The notes beneath the pieces are model-generated. The model ran no database searches and had not been told where the DNA came from. It was given only the letters and a program-made list of their open reading frames with translations. This document shows positions 60,204-64,000 of a DNA stretch of 64,000 nt, piece by piece (within the stretch, counting starts at the first letter, position 1; every line of letters begins with the position of its first letter). The translations under genes were made by a program, and so were the position numbers. The stretch is from a virus: the IMG/VR virus record IMGVR_UViG_3300032053_000040, positions 13,292 to 77,291 of that record. The stretch is one strand, 5' to 3'.

Positions 60204-60743
60204 ATGACGGAAGCTGATTGGTTAGATGGAGACGGTAAATTAAAAAAGATCAAAGTCTCCTCTGGTGATGGAGAGCCTGGGACAGGGTATATATTCCCCA
60301 GATCTATAGACCAAACCGAAGATGGCGAAACGAACAAGGTCCGGGCTACCCAGCCCGACCCAGACGACCTGAATGCCAACGCTAACCTCCAGGTAGGCAA
60401 CGTAGACGTCTCTTCCGGGAACCCTATCCCCGTCCGTAACGATTACCTTAACCCTCCAGCAATTTTTTCAGAGGGCGACCTGGAAGGAGAGGACGAATGG
60501 ATCGCCGACCTTCAGCCCCAACGGGGGATGGTGCTGATAGAGTTCTATGGCGAGTCCTGGGATGGCACCCTCTCCCTCCAGGTCAAGAAAGGTGTAAACG
60601 GACCATGGCGAACCTGGAAGACCTATACTCAGAACGGCTACGATGTCGTCGACATTCCTGCTTCTGCGAGATACATACGTGTAGGTTTTGCGTTCGGAGA
60701 CTACGTTTCCGGCCTGGTCAGCGTATCGGCGGAGCAATCGTAA
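60204..60743 (+). CDS. Virion structural protein (beta-sandwich)
   Basis: WDGTLSLQV...W..W...ARYIRV. Confidence 0.55.
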   Translation: MTEADWLDGDGKLKKIKVSSGDGEPGTGYIFPRSIDQTEDGETNKVRATQPDPDDLNANANLQVGNVDVSSGNPIPVRNDYLNPPAIFSEGDLEGEDEWIADLQPQRGMVLIEFYGESWDGTLSLQVKKGVNGPWRTWKTYTQNGYDVVDIPASARYIRVGFAFGDYVSGLVSVSAEQS

Positions 60744-61081
60744 ATCAAAATTGTAAATCGTAAATCGTAACAGAGGAAGTCTAAAATGAGAATGCTTGAA
60801 GGACACTTTGTTGGCGAGGGCACGGTTCTCGAAAGTACGATGGTCACCCAGATATCCCTGATGTCTGAACCCGACACCAGGAACCAGATTTTTGATGCGC
60901 TAAACTACACGGTCGAACTCGGTAAAGCAGCGAGGTACATGCTGAACGAACTCATGTTTCACGAGCAAGTGCGCACTTGCAGACCGGAAAAGATGGAAGC
61001 ATTCCTCACCAGGTTCGTAGACGAGAACTGGCAAGGAGTTTTCAATGGCTCTTCCCTGGCGCCCAACTGGACGAATCACCC

Positions 61082-61498
61082 ATGAGCAAAATTCCCAAGA
61101 CCATCAAGGATCTCCAGGAGCTTGACAGGAAGCCCAAACAAGAAGCCTACCAACCAGTCCCGACTCTGAACGAGGACGCAGCATCCATTGATGGCCTGAT
61201 CGATCTGCTCATAGTGAAAGGGGTCATCCAAGGAGATAACGAGACTACGGCTGAACAGCTAGTCAAGAAGTTTATCGATCGCTATGGGTCGGCCATAAAC
61301 GGTCTCTATATGCTGCTCATCGAAAAAGAACTGGTCACAGAAGAAGAACTCCACGAGGCCCAGAATGTCTACCACGATGCAGTGAGACACTTTGGTGCCA
61401 GGGCAACTACATTCGAAGAGGTTCAAAGTTTTAGGAAGAACATGCTCCGAAAACGCCTGGGTCTCGATGCTCAAAAACAAGTTCTTCCTGCAATGTAA
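61082..61498 (+). CDS. Hypothetical protein with duplicated 'L..LLI.K..' units
   Basis: IDGLIDLLIVKGVI and INGLYMLLIEKELV. Confidence 0.5.
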   Translation: MSKIPKTIKDLQELDRKPKQEAYQPVPTLNEDAASIDGLIDLLIVKGVIQGDNETTAEQLVKKFIDRYGSAINGLYMLLIEKELVTEEELHEAQNVYHDAVRHFGARATTFEEVQSFRKNMLRKRLGLDAQKQVLPAM

Positions 61499-61616
61499 TG
61501 GCCATCTCCAGTCTCTGGAGGATCCAATCTGCTCGATATGCATGGCACTGAAAAAGAAGGCTCGCGAGAACGAAAAAATGGACAAGGAAAAAGGAAACCG
61601 TAAGGGAGAGATCTAG

Positions 61617-62009
61617 ATGGGATATTGTAATTATCTGGAAGACAAAATGCTTGATCACGCTTTTGGCGGAGCACCCTTCTCCACCCCCCCGGAAACACTT
61701 CTTGTTGGGTTGTGTACAGGAGTGGATGAGGATGGAGTTATTACCGGCGAACCGGTGGGATATAGTTATGCAAGGGTCGAAGTCGATAACGATGCCGTGA
61801 CGTGGGGGGCAGCTAACGAAGGAACCAAGGCCAACCTCATACCTATAGTGTTTCCAGAGGCCAGCGGACCCTGGGGAACACTGACCAAGGCCTTCTTAAC
61901 TGATGGCTCGAACACGTTCGCCTTCGGAGATCTCGACCCCCAAAAAATACCTACGTCTGGAGATACTATAACCATAGAGACAGGGAAGTTCAAGATAACT
62001 TTGGATTAA
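61617..62009 (+). CDS. Phage tail-fibre-associated structural protein
   Basis: NYLEDKMLDH...SYARV...FPEASGPWGT...GDL...K....GD. Confidence 0.75.
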   Translation: MGYCNYLEDKMLDHAFGGAPFSTPPETLLVGLCTGVDEDGVITGEPVGYSYARVEVDNDAVTWGAANEGTKANLIPIVFPEASGPWGTLTKAFLTDGSNTFAFGDLDPQKIPTSGDTITIETGKFKITLD

Positions 62010-62015
62010 GTCTCG

Positions 62016-63494
62016 ATGACTATAAAATATTGCGACTACGCCAACGGCAACGATACTACAGGTGACGGCAGTCGTACCAATCCCTATAAAACAATCACCC
62101 GAGCCAGTGAAGGTCTCACTGGAGGAGATGAAGTTCGATGTGCGAAAAGTGCAGCTCCATCCGCCCTTTCCGGCACTCTGACTTGGACGAATGGCAGTGC
62201 AACCGTGGCTACGTCAGTTGATCTCACTGGTGTTCTGGCAGCTAAGGATTTCATCCGCAAAACGACACTCAATGCTGCTGATTATGATGTCTGGTGGGAG
62301 ATCTCTAGTATAACCTCAACGACAATAACGCTTGCATCAAAGTTTCGGGGTTATTCTGATACTACAACGGGTCTGAAGCTTGGCGTAACGGACACCGGGG
62401 GGGCAGCAGCAACCACAACGCACGTACAGGAAATCAGCGCCAGCGGTTCAAGTGTATCGAGTAAGTTGAAGATTTCAGGGGGCTGGGATCTATCACTAGA
62501 GTCCCCTGAACAAACCGGGCTTACGATGTATTGGCAATCTGGTACCAATAGATATGGATATGGGTTATATTCTTCCTCCAAAAATTATATATCTCTTAAA
62601 AAGCTTGGGATGTTAAGATATTATTATTCATTTTATATAGGTGGATATTCGTATGACTGGGATTATATATACTCACTAAATCCTGGCTCGATGCCCATTA
62701 GCTTCTCTGCGGATACGTCGGGTTCGCAGTCTATTAATCACCATTATTCAGCAACTACTGGCACAATCAGACCTCTCTACATCTTATCATCAGATTGTAT
62801 TGTCAAAAACTCTGCTTTTGTGGGTGGTTATGGTTATCAGGTGAGTTTCACTGTATTCGAAAATTGTGTATTTGATTTGACCTTATTTAATTTTTATGCA
62901 GGAATCTCGTTTTTCATTAATTGCGATTTCAGGAGTTCACCCATAACTTCCTATACGCACGGAATTGTATATATGTATAATCCCGTCAATCTACCCAGCC
63001 TTTCTACGTTTGGTTTATCCGCTTATTATTACAACAAAGATCCATATCTATACGATCTCCCTCTGTATCGTGCTTTCTTTGTGAAAAATCTAGACGGAGA
63101 TGGGATTGATTATACTGTAACCATTGGAGGAATAGGAAAATCTAATGTTGTAGACGCTCGTTCTGGAAAATGTTTAGAAATTATTCCGGGGTCTACGAGC
63201 TACTATCATATCCAAGATTTCCAGTTCCCGGCTAATGTCAGCACAGCCCGTTCACTAAAATTCTACGCCAAAAAGTCTGCCGCCTTCGATGGGTCTGCTG
63301 ATGCCGCCATCCTCTTCATGGGAACCAAAATTACGGATTGGACTGCAATCAGCAACTTAAGCACGAATTATCAGGAATATTCAATAATAGCAGATGCGGA
63401 TGATACTCCACTGTCTGGAGTTTATGTATTGAGAATCCGCGTTCTTAAGGGGAGCGCAGGATCGATCTATATTGATGATCTGAGCCACTCATGA
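62016..63494 (+). CDS. Tail fibre/adhesin with beta-helix centre
   Basis: YCDYANGNDTTGDGSRTNPYKTI..A N-terminus; Tyr/Ser-rich centre; CBM-like end IYIDDL. Confidence 0.7.
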   Translation: MTIKYCDYANGNDTTGDGSRTNPYKTITRASEGLTGGDEVRCAKSAAPSALSGTLTWTNGSATVATSVDLTGVLAAKDFIRKTTLNAADYDVWWEISSITSTTITLASKFRGYSDTTTGLKLGVTDTGGAAATTTHVQEISASGSSVSSKLKISGGWDLSLESPEQTGLTMYWQSGTNRYGYGLYSSSKNYISLKKLGMLRYYYSFYIGGYSYDWDYIYSLNPGSMPISFSADTSGSQSINHHYSATTGTIRPLYILSSDCIVKNSAFVGGYGYQVSFTVFENCVFDLTLFNFYAGISFFINCDFRSSPITSYTHGIVYMYNPVNLPSLSTFGLSAYYYNKDPYLYDLPLYRAFFVKNLDGDGIDYTVTIGGIGKSNVVDARSGKCLEIIPGSTSYYHIQDFQFPANVSTARSLKFYAKKSAAFDGSADAAILFMGTKITDWTAISNLSTNYQEYSIIADADDTPLSGVYVLRIRVLKGSAGSIYIDDLSHS

Positions 63495-64000
63495 TATTCG
63501 ATGGATCACTTGAGCATTGGGATGGGGGTGTCGTAAGTGGGCTATGCCTAAATCCGTTAGATTACTGGGATGGCCAGCCGGTTGGCTTAGTTGGCAAATG
63601 GCTATCCTCGGTTGAATGTGATATGGGCGGGGAGTCGGCTCTAAATGCAGAATCCAAGACTGCCATGGAATCCGACTGTTCTCATGATGGGGAGAGTTCA
63701 ATCATGGCAGAAGGTTCAACTTCAATGCTTCCAGCATGCGTTTTGCAGGGCGAGGCGACGATGGCATCTGAAGCAAGGACATCCATGTTATCCGATTACA
63801 TTCTCTCCGGAGAAGGAGTAATTGGCGCAGAAGCATTTGTGTCGATGCTGGCAGCCTGCGAGCTGCTCGGCGAGGCAATGATGGAAACTGAAGCAATAAC
63901 AGCAATGTTTACTGCGTGTGTTTTGCCCGGGGACGCGACGATAAAACCAGAAGCAAAGGCATCAATATTATCTGATTGTGCTCTCTCCAGCGAAGGTTCA
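63491..64000 (+). CDS. 20-aa repeat structural protein (3'-truncated; absent from the ORF track)
   Basis: Open from ATG 63491 to the window end; units C-x3-GE-x5-E-x3-(S/A)M. Confidence 0.75.
   Translation, partial: MIFDGSLEHWDGGVVSGLCLNPLDYWDGQPVGLVGKWLSSVECDMGGESALNAESKTAMESDCSHDGESSIMAEGSTSMLPACVLQGEATMASEARTSMLSDYILSGEGVIGAEAFVSMLAACELLGEAMMETEAITAMFTACVLPGDATIKPEAKASILSDCALSSEGS

Noticed and set aside
1-64000. CRISPR array, DGR/retron reverse transcriptase, integrase, DNA polymerase
   Set aside because: No regularly spaced repeats and no YxDD, recombinase or PolB motifs seen; these could lie outside the window.

Overview
This window is most of the genome of a tailed archaeal virus (HK97-type head, contractile-tail baseplate, essentially all genes on the + strand). 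The MCM helicase, archaeal TATA and Shine-Dalgarno (SD) signals and intron-containing tRNA point to a methanogen host, probably Methanosarcinales/Methanothrix-like (inference). Gene order is: tape measure C-terminus and baseplate (1-6.6 kb); membrane and regulator genes; a ~1 kb AT-rich origin-like region; a replication/early module (ParB-MTase fusion, Hfq-like protein, Gp37/68 radical SAM, MCM, Hjc-like nuclease, tRNA-Thr, metallophosphoesterase); two operons of small genes behind a duplicated 103-bp promoter; an amino-sugar synthesis and glycosyltransferase cluster interleaved with the terminase genes; then portal, MuF with a toxin-like extension, protease, capsid and fibre genes. The most unusual items are: (1) a 400-bp protein-less IS200/IS605-type element carrying a promoter-driven, highly folded ~290-nt RNA, whose predicted guide matches the TATA-adjacent sequence of the duplicated viral promoter; (2) a viral PseB/PseC/formyltransferase/deacetylase/WbqC/methyltransferase/glycosyltransferase/ParB pathway wrapped around the terminase, a candidate for DNA or virion glycosylation; (3) an Hfq-like gene plus several intergenic structured RNAs with C-rich or anti-SD loops and a mini tRNA-like element. 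All calls come from motif reading and hand folding; no database searches were run.
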